Assembly: GCA_050261115.1 (NCBI GenBank)
Contig: JBLNCY010000010.1
Coordinates: forward strand, 96,001-160,000
DNA length: 64,000 bases
Direction: 5' to 3'
Source of the DNA: Methanocella sp.
Lineage (GTDB): Archaea > Thermoproteota > Bathyarchaeia > Bathyarchaeales > Bathycorpusculaceae
Positions 56,389-64,000 of the stretch are shown here, piece by piece; the stretch's first letter is position 1; each line of letters begins with the position of its first letter. The notes beneath the pieces are model-generated. The model made no database searches, was not told where the DNA came from, and saw only the letters and a list, made by a program, of their open reading frames with translations. A program made the translations under genes and the position numbers.

Positions 56389-57243
56389 CTAAGGGGTGGC
56401 TGATGGTTTTTTCTGGGCGTCCTTTACTTCATAGACGATGTTACTGCCAGATTTCATGTTGATGTCGTCGATTTCTTCTATCATTCGGTTAACCATTCTT
56501 CCCACGACGAGCACAAATACGTTGAGTCCTCTTGAGGCGGCGATTGCAGCGGAATGGCTTATGCCGAATTCTATGTCGGGGCTGTAGTTGAGTTTGTTGA
56601 GTACGGCTCTGCCTACTGCGCCCATTACGCCGATCCTGTCAGGTTTGAATTTTTCAATGTAGCTTTTTATTTTTGTTAGGTCTGTGGCTCGGGAGCCGCC
56701 CTTTCGGATGCTAGGCACCTTAACGATGAGAATCCTACCATGTTTAACGTTCACCCTTCCCTGTATGTTCTTTAATCCCAGGTCTTCTCCTGCTTTGGCA
56801 TCGGTCAGCGCAGTGCCTTTTGCTTCTGCCTCCGGGCTGTCTATGGGTACAGTGTACATGATACCTTCTTTCATTATCAATCCGACTTCTTCGCCGGCTT
56901 TGACTGGTGCTGTGGCTATGGCGGGCCAGGCGTGTTCGATTTTTAGGTCTTTTTTGATTTCGTTAAGGTAGCTTTCGAGGCCTCGTATGTCTTCTTGGAG
57001 CTTCATTAGGCCTTTGGGGGTGACGCGGTAGTCGGCTCGTTCGCTGCCTGCTTCGATGTAGCCTTCGCGGGCGAGTTTTTTGAAGTACTTTGAGATGGCT
57101 TGGATGGTTATGCCTAGTTTGTCGCTGATGTCTTTTTGTTTTATGTGCGGTTGGTTGCGCATGATTTCGAATAGAATTTGGAATCTGGTGAATTCGCCCT
57201 TGTTTGATAGGAGTTTTTGTTGTTGCTTCGACAGTTTTTGCAA
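56389..57243 (-). CDS. Winged-helix (MarR-like) transcriptional regulator with C-terminal extension
   Basis: QILFEI...QKDISDKLGITIQAISKY.K.L..EG...YRVTPKG. Confidence 0.8.
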   Translation of the reverse strand: MQKLSKQQQKLLSNKGEFTRFQILFEIMRNQPHIKQKDISDKLGITIQAISKYFKKLAREGYIEAGSERADYRVTPKGLMKLQEDIRGLESYLNEIKKDLKIEHAWPAIATAPVKAGEEVGLIMKEGIMYTVPIDSPEAEAKGTALTDAKAGEDLGLKNIQGRVNVKHGRILIVKVPSIRKGGSRATDLTKIKSYIEKFKPDRIGVMGAVGRAVLNKLNYSPDIEFGISHSAAIAASRGLNVFVLVVGRMVNRMIEEIDDINMKSGSNIVYEVKDAQKKPSATP

Positions 57244-57302
57244 CCCCAGTTTATTTAAGTTAAACTTGCGTTTATTAACTATTTCTCAGGCTAAAAAGCG
57301 CC

Positions 57303-58127
57303 TTAGACATCATAGCCCCTAGCTGTAACCATCCTTCCATTAATCACACGGGTCATTGAGTTACCTACAACAATTGTGGTTACCATGTCGATTTCCTCAT
57401 TAAGCATGTCCTTCAACGTAGTTATGGTGTAGGTTTGTCCCTCACGGCCAGCTTGACGTACGATTCCCACTGGCGTGTCTGGCTTGATGTTTTTCATCAT
57501 GATCTGGTATGCGTTGACGAGGGGTTCTGTGCGGCCTTGACTCTGCGGATTATAGAGAACGATTGAGACGTCAGCTTGAGCGGCCAATTCTATTCGGCTC
57601 CGAATTTTTTCCCAAGGCGTCAAGAGATCGCTTAAACTAATCACTGCGAAGTCACTGATGAGGGGTGCGCCAAGAATCGCTGACGCGGCGGTGGCTGCCG
57701 TTACGCCCGGCACGACTTCGACCTCGACTGGTTCTTTGTCTTTTGCTGCAACCTCTAGGACTACGCCTGCCATTCCGTAGACGCCGGGGTCACCGCTTGA
57801 CACCATAACTACCGCTTTGCCCTCCTTGGCTTTATCTACTGCGGTTTGGGCGCGTTCCACTTCTTTGCCCATAGTTCCTGAAATTACTTCAGCGCCTTTT
57901 TTGATTAAGCACTCAATGAGTTTTATGTATGTGCCGTAACCTACGACGACGTCGGCGCACTCGATTTCAGTGCGGGCTTTGGGAGTCAAGTGTTCGCAGC
58001 TGCCGGGTCCGATACCGACGACGGCTACTCGCCCATGGCTACTGCTACTGTTACCCCGTTTAGCTTGGTCTTTTTTAGAATCAACTTTGCATTTGGTCCT
58101 GCTACTAGTAAGGCTGCTCGTTCGCAT
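57303..58127 (-). CDS. cbiH: Cobalt-precorrin-3B C17-methyltransferase
   Basis: VVGIGPG, SSGDPGVYGMA, ISLSDLLTPW, LYNP and IDMVT motifs; start ambiguous. Confidence 0.9.
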   Translation of the reverse strand: MRTSSLTSSRTKCKVDSKKDQAKRGNSSSSHGRVAVVGIGPGSCEHLTPKARTEIECADVVVGYGTYIKLIECLIKKGAEVISGTMGKEVERAQTAVDKAKEGKAVVMVSSGDPGVYGMAGVVLEVAAKDKEPVEVEVVPGVTAATAASAILGAPLISDFAVISLSDLLTPWEKIRSRIELAAQADVSIVLYNPQSQGRTEPLVNAYQIMMKNIKPDTPVGIVRQAGREGQTYTITTLKDMLNEEIDMVTTIVVGNSMTRVINGRMVTARGYDV

Positions 58128-59110
58128 ACTCCTCCAATTCCAATTTTTGATTGTACCATCGCCGAATCAGGCGAAAGGTCACTATATGTGACTGTGCGCA
58201 GTGCCTCCACACTTAGAAACTCTAGTGGGGCACCCAACTTGGAAACTGCATCTAGCATCGGTTGAGAATCCCGCTTAATGTCCACGGTTGCAAAGGCGTT
58301 GACGCGCGAGAGGGGCACATGAATTTTCTCTAGCGCGGTGTCGACGGCTTGTATGATGCTTTCTGCGCTGGATTCTTTGCGCGCCCCAAGCCCCACCACT
58401 AACTTGCGTGATTTCAGGATAGTGAAGGGTTTAGTAAATTTGGTGATAGTAAGCGGCTGGTCGGTGATAATGATACCCGCGTCAAAGCTGCCAAGAATGC
58501 TAAATGCCTCAGCGCCGTTTTGAGCGGTTCTTGTTTCGTATGCGGCAAGGGCGTCTGGAGGGACTTTTGCGTCGCCGACTAACACGACTACGATACGGTC
58601 GCCATTAACTATCGCCGAATTTAACGCCACAAGGCTGTCAGGGTTCTCGATTCTAAGATGTAGCCGTTTAGCTATCTCTTCTATGCTTTGTTTGCCCATA
58701 ACGTCTGAGGCGGTGGTTATGACGGGTATAGCGTTGATGCCAGCGGCGATGATGTGAGTCAGGTCGTTTGCGCCTCCCAGATGACCTGAGAGTAGACTGA
58801 TGACGAATTTGCCTTGGGCGTCCACGCCGACTATTGCCGGGTCAGTAAGTTTGCTCTCAAGCAGTGGCGCCACCGTCCGTATAGCAATACCCGTAGCCAT
58901 AACCGCCACTATCCCATCCACTTGACTGTAAATGTTTCCAAAAACTTCTGGAAGCTTCTTCTCTAAAGGTACCATGCCAGTTTGGCTATACTTCGGGGGC
59001 ACATAGACGGTTGCCTTAATCTGGGCTGACTCGAGGGCACGCCTAATTCTTTGGGCGGTCTCGACGCCTCGGCGAGTTAAGGCTACAACTGCTATGCCCC
59101 TTTCGTACAT
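58025..59110 (-). CDS. cbiG: Cobalt-precorrin-5A hydrolase
   Basis: MATGIAIR, DPA, LLSGHLGGAN, ITTASD and GVCERAA motifs. Confidence 0.92.
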   Translation of the reverse strand: MYERGIAVVALTRRGVETAQRIRRALESAQIKATVYVPPKYSQTGMVPLEKKLPEVFGNIYSQVDGIVAVMATGIAIRTVAPLLESKLTDPAIVGVDAQGKFVISLLSGHLGGANDLTHIIAAGINAIPVITTASDVMGKQSIEEIAKRLHLRIENPDSLVALNSAIVNGDRIVVVLVGDAKVPPDALAAYETRTAQNGAEAFSILGSFDAGIIITDQPLTITKFTKPFTILKSRKLVVGLGARKESSAESIIQAVDTALEKIHVPLSRVNAFATVDIKRDSQPMLDAVSKLGAPLEFLSVEALRTVTYSDLSPDSAMVQSKIGIGGVCERAALLVAGPNAKLILKKTKLNGVTVAVAMGE

Positions 59111-59112
59111 GG

Positions 59113-59877
59113 TTATTCTTCGCCTTTACGGAAGCCCGTTGTGAATTTTGGGTCATAGAGTTTGGAGTAGTCGTAGGCTTGGGGGTCAAGAACGCGACCG
59201 ACAAATATCAAGGCGGTTTCGGTTATGCCTGCAGCTTTGACTTTTCCTACAATGTCGCCTAGAGTGCCTTTGACTATTTTCTGTTCGGGCCAGGTGGCTT
59301 TGTAGACTACTTGGCAAGGTGTATCTTTGGGGTAGCCGCCGGCTTGGAGCTCCTCAACGACTTTCTTAATGTGCGGCGTTCCAAGAAATATGACCATGGT
59401 GGCTTGGTGTACGGCGAGTTTGCGAAGGCTTTCGGCTTCGGGGACGGGGGTTCGGCCCTCAGGTCGTGTGATGATTACTGTCTGGGATATGTTGGGTAGG
59501 GTTAATTCGCGGTTTAGTGCCGCGGCGCCTCCAAGGAGACAGCTGATACCTGGGATGCGGAAGTACTCAATTCCCTCTTTGTCTAGAGCCGTCATGACCT
59601 CTTGAATGGCACCATAAAAGCTCGGGTCGCCATCATGCAGCCGCACCACACGTTTGCCCGCTTTGACACCTTCGACCATGACCTTTAGCATTTCGGGCAA
59701 ACCCATCTTTGCGCTGTCGTAGAGTTCGGCGTCTGGTTTGCAGTACTTGAGGTATTCGGGGTTGAGTAGGCTGCCTGTGTAGACGACTACGTCGGCTTGC
59801 TCAAGCCATTTTTTGCCTTTCAAGGTGATGAGTTCAGGGTCGCCTGAGCCTGCACCGATAAAAACAACTTTATTCAA
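59113..59877 (-). CDS. cbiF: Cobalt-precorrin-4 C11-methyltransferase
   Basis: FIGAGSGDPELIT, RLHDGDPSFYGA, ELTLP.ISQ and SKLYD motifs; TTG start at 59877 overlapping the cbiL stop. Confidence 0.92.
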   Translation of the reverse strand: MNKVVFIGAGSGDPELITLKGKKWLEQADVVVYTGSLLNPEYLKYCKPDAELYDSAKMGLPEMLKVMVEGVKAGKRVVRLHDGDPSFYGAIQEVMTALDKEGIEYFRIPGISCLLGGAAALNRELTLPNISQTVIITRPEGRTPVPEAESLRKLAVHQATMVIFLGTPHIKKVVEELQAGGYPKDTPCQVVYKATWPEQKIVKGTLGDIVGKVKAAGITETALIFVGRVLDPQAYDYSKLYDPKFTTGFRKGEE

Positions 59878-60643
59878 TCTTTGACACACTTCCGTTCTGT
59901 TTCCAGTGAATAGGAACCTGACTTTTCTTAACAATAGCCACCGAGAAGTAATCCTCCTTAACATCCCAGCCCTCGACATCGCCAAGTTTACCGACCATAA
60001 CCTTCTCCTCCGCCAGAGTACAGCGTTTAACCAACGCTACAGTTGAATCTTTGGTGAAGCCTGCTCTGAGTAGGATGGGGATGTATTCTTTTATGCGGTA
60101 GGCGCATTTCATAAAGACAAGGTTCTCGGCGTGTTTGGCGACTTCTGCTAAGCGGTCTGCTTTGAGGTCGGCGGGTATGATGGTGACGACTTCGTCTTGC
60201 TCTGCGAGCGGCAGTTTGGATCTTGCGGCGACTGCGGTGAGGGAGGTTACGCCAGGGATGATTTCTAGCTCGATTTGGGGGTAGCTTTCTTTTAGGTATT
60301 CATAGAGGTAGAGGAATGTGCTGTACAGCATGGGGTCGCCAAGCGTGATGAAGGCGACGTCGCCTTGCTTGACTTTGGCGGTGACTATCACAGCGTTTTC
60401 TGCCCAGAGCTTTCGGTTGTTTAGGTCATCTCGGCTCATGGGAAAAACGAGCTCTAGGATTTCGGCGGGGTTTGTCCGTTCACCAAGTATGGGTTTAATC
60501 ATGCCTAGTGCCATACTGGGTCTGTTTGGGTGGGACTTGGGTACGCAGATAGTGTCCACTGATTTGAGGGTTTTTGCTGCTTTGAGGGTGAGTAATTCGG
60601 GGTCGCCTGGACCTACACCGATTCCGATAAAAACGCCGACCAA
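59870..60643 (-). CDS. cbiL: Cobalt-precorrin-2 C20-methyltransferase
   Basis: GVGPGDPELLTLKA, FPM, LGDPMLYSTF and YFS motifs. Confidence 0.92.
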   Translation of the reverse strand: MVGVFIGIGVGPGDPELLTLKAAKTLKSVDTICVPKSHPNRPSMALGMIKPILGERTNPAEILELVFPMSRDDLNNRKLWAENAVIVTAKVKQGDVAFITLGDPMLYSTFLYLYEYLKESYPQIELEIIPGVTSLTAVAARSKLPLAEQDEVVTIIPADLKADRLAEVAKHAENLVFMKCAYRIKEYIPILLRAGFTKDSTVALVKRCTLAEEKVMVGKLGDVEGWDVKEDYFSVAIVKKSQVPIHWKQNGSVSKIE

Positions 60644-60655
60644 ACATTTCTTCTC

Positions 60656-61261
60656 CTATAGTTTTGTTGCTGAAATCACCGTTATGGGGTTGCGGGCGGT
60701 CATCATGGTTCCGCTGGGGGTCTGTTTGCCTTTGGCGACTTGAATGCTTGCTATGTCGATGTCTTGGTAGCCTAAGGCTTTGAGCTCCGAGATTGCGGTT
60801 GCCGCCGTTTCGAGTTGGATTGCGTTTATGACGATTCTGCCGGTGGGTTTGAGTTTGTAGTGAGCTGTTTGGATGATGGTTCGGAGGTTTGCGCCTCCTC
60901 CGCCGATGAATATGGCGTCTGCGTTGGGCATGCTTATAAGCGCTTCAGGTGCACGCGCCTTTGAAACCGCCACCGTGTTTTCGACGCCGAATTTCTGCAC
61001 ATTACTCTTGGTTAGGGTGACTGCTGCTTCGTTTTCGTCTATGGCGTAGACTCTGCCTTTGCCTCCCACTTGTAGTGCCGCTTCAACGGTTAATCCTCCT
61101 GTGCCGCAGCCTACGTCAATGACTGTGTTCCCGTCGTTGAGTCGGGCTTTGGCTATGGTGACGACTCGGACTTCCTCTTTAGTGGGTCCCGGCACAGCCT
61201 CACCCTGATTGAAGCACTCGTCAGGTATTCCCGGTGTTTTGTATGCCCAGTTTCTAGCCAT
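60656..61261 (-). CDS. cbiT: Cobalt-precorrin-6B C15-methyltransferase (decarboxylating)
   Basis: PGIPDE.F, TKEEVR, DVGCGTG, FIGGG and ARNPI motifs. Confidence 0.92.
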   Translation of the reverse strand: MARNWAYKTPGIPDECFNQGEAVPGPTKEEVRVVTIAKARLNDGNTVIDVGCGTGGLTVEAALQVGGKGRVYAIDENEAAVTLTKSNVQKFGVENTVAVSKARAPEALISMPNADAIFIGGGGANLRTIIQTAHYKLKPTGRIVINAIQLETAATAISELKALGYQDIDIASIQVAKGKQTPSGTMMTARNPITVISATKL

Positions 61262-61934
61262 ATACTTCATGTCCCGTTGGTTGTTTGATTACCATAACTG
61301 AGAGGGCGCCGAAGGTTTGCCCCTGCAACCTCTCAAGAGACATCATGGTTACTCTTTCATTCTCCAAAGTCAGGTTCTCACAGACCACGACTTGGGTTTC
61401 TTTGTCTGCGTCGCGTTGAAGCAGAAACGCCGCAATATCCTTAGGCGCAAAGCCTCTCGCGTCAGGCAACAGCAGGATCGTGTTTCCGCGCTGGTATGCC
61501 TGGAGCAGTTTCTCTTTCTGGTCTTCTGTTACTTGCCCTTCATGGAATGTAAAGAGCCTAGCGCTTTCCCAGTTAAGGCGTAATCGGGCTGCGCATACCT
61601 GAATGGAACTGACACCAGGAACCACATTGATCTGTTCTGGGCTAAATAAGCCGCTTTCTTGCACAGTGTGCAGTAGCCCTGAGAATCCGGGGTCGCCTGT
61701 TGACAGCAATGCGACGGTTTTGCCAGCCTTTACGGCTTCTGATGTCGCTTTGAGGGTTTCGGCGAGGTTTTTAGCGGTTAAAACCATCTTTTCGCCTTTT
61801 ATGTCGCCCTCAAAGAGGCTAAGACTTCTCTGTGCACCGATAACCAGCTGTGCCTGCAGAACGCAATTTCTTGCAGCGGGGGTAATGTAGTCCGCCGAAC
61901 CCGGGCCAACGCCGACTATGTCAAGTTTTCCCAA
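61254..61934 (-). CDS. cbiE: Cobalt-precorrin-7 C5-methyltransferase
   Basis: VGVGPGS, STGDPGFSG, PGVSSIQ and CENLT motifs. Confidence 0.9.
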   Translation of the reverse strand: MGKLDIVGVGPGSADYITPAARNCVLQAQLVIGAQRSLSLFEGDIKGEKMVLTAKNLAETLKATSEAVKAGKTVALLSTGDPGFSGLLHTVQESGLFSPEQINVVPGVSSIQVCAARLRLNWESARLFTFHEGQVTEDQKEKLLQAYQRGNTILLLPDARGFAPKDIAAFLLQRDADKETQVVVCENLTLENERVTMMSLERLQGQTFGALSVMVIKQPTGHEVYG

Positions 61935-63016
61935 GGCCTATCCCTCTTTGCGTTTTGATCCATACCCAACACGGTGCCATCCATGGCAACGATAACAACA
62001 CTAAACTTCACTTTATGATCCACCCGATCGCTGACCTGCTTATGGACACGCTCGGCAATCAGGTCGTAGGTGGCTTCCACAAGATTTGCGTGGCGCAGGA
62101 TTTCGGTTGCTTCATCAGTGGTGTTTGCCTCAAGGAGTTCTTTGACGATGGTTTGTGTTGCTCCTGCTGCAGCCGCGTAGGCTGCTATGACCTCATTTCG
62201 AGCGTCACCCATTTTGTGGTGGGTGTTGAAGAGCCTCGCGGCGAGCTTGACAAGTTTCCCCGAGTGACCGATGAAGATAATTTCTTTGACTCCTTTTTCG
62301 GCGGCTTTGTCAAGCATGTAGCCGACGAAGTCGCAGGTCTGCACTATCGCATCCTCTGGAGCGCTGAATTTCTCTTTGGCTATGCGTTCACCGATGCTGC
62401 CTGGCACAAAAATCAGCCGCTTGTACCCTCTTGCGAGGGCGACGTCGATTTGGGGCACCATGGATCTTCGGCATGCCTCCACCGAGAGGGGCTTAACGAC
62501 GCCTGTGGTGCCTAGGATGGATATGCCGCCTTTGATGCCCAATTTAGCGTTAGTGGTTTTCTTAGCTATATTCGCGCCTTCCGGTGCGCTTATGGTTACT
62601 ACGGCGCCTTTTCCTTGGGGGAGAACTTCTTTGACGGCTTCTGTTATCATGGCTCGTGGAACTGGGTTGATGGCGCCTTCGCCAATCGGAACCTGCAAAC
62701 CCGCCTTGGTGACGACGCCTATGCCTTCCCCGTTTCGGATGGTGATTTTGCCGTCGTCGGTTAGTTTAACGGTTGCTACTATGTCCATTTTATCGGTGGC
62801 ATCGATGTCTTGACCTGCGTCCTTTACGGCGACGGCCAGGGCGGTGTCAGCGGTGATTCTTTTGGTGGTTTTTATGGGTAGCTCGAATCTGATGCCGATG
62901 GGGGTTGGGATAACGACGCGGTTAACCTCTCCACTCAATAATACCGTTGCTGCGGCTTTGGCTGCTGCGGCCGCCGTGGCACCCGTTGATAGACCGAACT
63001 TCAAAAACCGCGCCAA
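61916..63016 (-). CDS. cbiD: Cobalt-precorrin-5B C1-methyltransferase
   Basis: STGATAAAAAKA, KDAG, AINPVPR, GGISILGTTG and GKLVKLA...THH motifs. Confidence 0.95.
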   Translation of the reverse strand: MARFLKFGLSTGATAAAAAKAAATVLLSGEVNRVVIPTPIGIRFELPIKTTKRITADTALAVAVKDAGQDIDATDKMDIVATVKLTDDGKITIRNGEGIGVVTKAGLQVPIGEGAINPVPRAMITEAVKEVLPQGKGAVVTISAPEGANIAKKTTNAKLGIKGGISILGTTGVVKPLSVEACRRSMVPQIDVALARGYKRLIFVPGSIGERIAKEKFSAPEDAIVQTCDFVGYMLDKAAEKGVKEIIFIGHSGKLVKLAARLFNTHHKMGDARNEVIAAYAAAAGATQTIVKELLEANTTDEATEILRHANLVEATYDLIAERVHKQVSDRVDHKVKFSVVIVAMDGTVLGMDQNAKRDRPWENLT

Positions 63017-63030
63017 ACCCTTCTTCTCCT

Positions 63031-64000
63031 TTAACCGTAGAGTTTTCCTTCCGCTTTAGTAAGTAACGCGTTGAAGATCGCGACTGCGATGGTGCTGCCG
63101 CCTTTGCGGCCACGCGTAACGATATAGGGCACTGGTAGGTTGGCGATGGTATCTTTGGATTCGGCGGCGCCTACAAACCCCACTGGAACCGCCACAATCA
63201 GAGCCGGCTTAACTTTTCCTTCCCTGATTTGGGCTGCAAGTTCAAGGGCTGCTGTTGGAGCGTTACCGATTAGCACGATGCCGCCGTCTAAGCCATCCTC
63301 TATGGCTAACCTCATAGCTGCTGCGGACCGGGTAAGGTCCTCTTTTCTGGCGAGCTCCATTACGCGGCAGTCATTCATATAGGTCTGAACTTGAGTGCCG
63401 AACTTTTTGAGGCGCGCAGCGTTAATGCCTGCTTTAATCATTTTGACGTCGCTTACAACTTTGGCGCCTGCTTTAATTGCGGCTACACCCGCTTGGACCG
63501 CGTTTGGGCTAATAACAATGAGCTTTGCAAACTCGGGGTCAGCTGTTGTGTGGACAACCCGCTCCACAATGGCTATGTCGTCTGGCGGGGATTTTGCTAA
63601 TTCTTCTCCTATGGCTTCTCGGATAAGCAACATGGACTTATCGACGATTTTTCCCGCTTCAGGAACTGAGTATGCGTCGAGAATTTCGCTGTCTTTTTTT
63701 AGTTCGCAGCCTAACGCTTTGAGTGCTTTCTCTTCGAGGATGTCTGCGATGCGTTCATCGCTGCCTAAGGGTTCGCCATAGAGGAGTTCCACGCCTTTGG
63801 ATTTTAGCTGGGGCTCTTTTTCTTTAACTCCGATGAGTCCAGGGATGTCCTGTGTTGTATGGACTCCTGGCGCTAGGAAGGCTGGAACCAAAACAATCTT
63901 TGAAACTCCGCTTGTTGCTATGCTGTCGATGGCTTCCTCGACGGTTGGGGTGTCCCGTATCATAAATGCAATCGAAACCGTTTGGAATTTTTTTCTAAGG
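63031..64000 (-). CDS. cbiC: CbiX cobaltochelatase-CbiC precorrin-8X methylmutase fusion (5' end outside the window)
   Basis: N part AFM...P.VEEAI...VPAFLAPGVHTTQDIP...EPLG.D (CbiX); C part RVVHTTAD, IGNAPTA, PVGFVGAAESK and GRKGGS (CbiC). Confidence 0.88.
   Translation of the reverse strand, partial: LRKKFQTVSIAFMIRDTPTVEEAIDSIATSGVSKIVLVPAFLAPGVHTTQDIPGLIGVKEKEPQLKSKGVELLYGEPLGSDERIADILEEKALKALGCELKKDSEILDAYSVPEAGKIVDKSMLLIREAIGEELAKSPPDDIAIVERVVHTTADPEFAKLIVISPNAVQAGVAAIKAGAKVVSDVKMIKAGINAARLKKFGTQVQTYMNDCRVMELARKEDLTRSAAAMRLAIEDGLDGGIVLIGNAPTAALELAAQIREGKVKPALIVAVPVGFVGAAESKDTIANLPVPYIVTRGRKGGSTIAVAIFNALLTKAEGKLYG

Noticed and set aside
59878-59985. Apparent long cbiL/cbiF overlap in the ORF track
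   Set aside because: A TTG start at 59877 gives a normal short overlap
1-64000. CRISPR arrays, cas genes, intact transposases, recognisable defence systems; many short antisense ORFs in the track
   Set aside because: No repeat-spacer arrays or diagnostic motifs were found by eye; the antisense ORFs are shadows of well-supported genes

Overview
Archaeal chromosomal segment, most consistent with Bathyarchaeia (TACK). Evidence is S30e, a short L13e, L15e, a/eIF2-alpha, GatDE, Elp3, class I CCA enzyme, RNase P Rpp30/Pop5, pantoate kinase and TATA-box promoters; the taxonomy is inferred from gene content only. The window is mostly housekeeping: CoA biosynthesis, translation and RNA processing, enolase, PGI/PMI, a stand-alone 5S rRNA, tRNA-Val(GAC) and an anaerobic cobalamin (cbi) operon that runs off the right edge. 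The most notable items are: (1) a ribbon-helix-helix (RHH) domain fused to a CblS (alpha-ribazole kinase)-like domain with a perfect palindrome at its own promoter, a candidate new B12-related regulator; (2) a nucleotide-sugar dehydrogenase / NodB-like / HasA-NodC-like GT2 operon whose upstream region resembles that of a nearby secreted GH5, a candidate exopolysaccharide system; (3) a ~40-bp TATA-cored intergenic repeat in five copies; (4) micro-ORFs missed by the ORF track, including a tandem C2H2 zinc-finger protein; (5) a structured leader before rpl15e; (6) a decayed island next to tRNA-Val. No CRISPR array or intact transposase was seen. All family calls come from motif recognition by eye, not from database searches.
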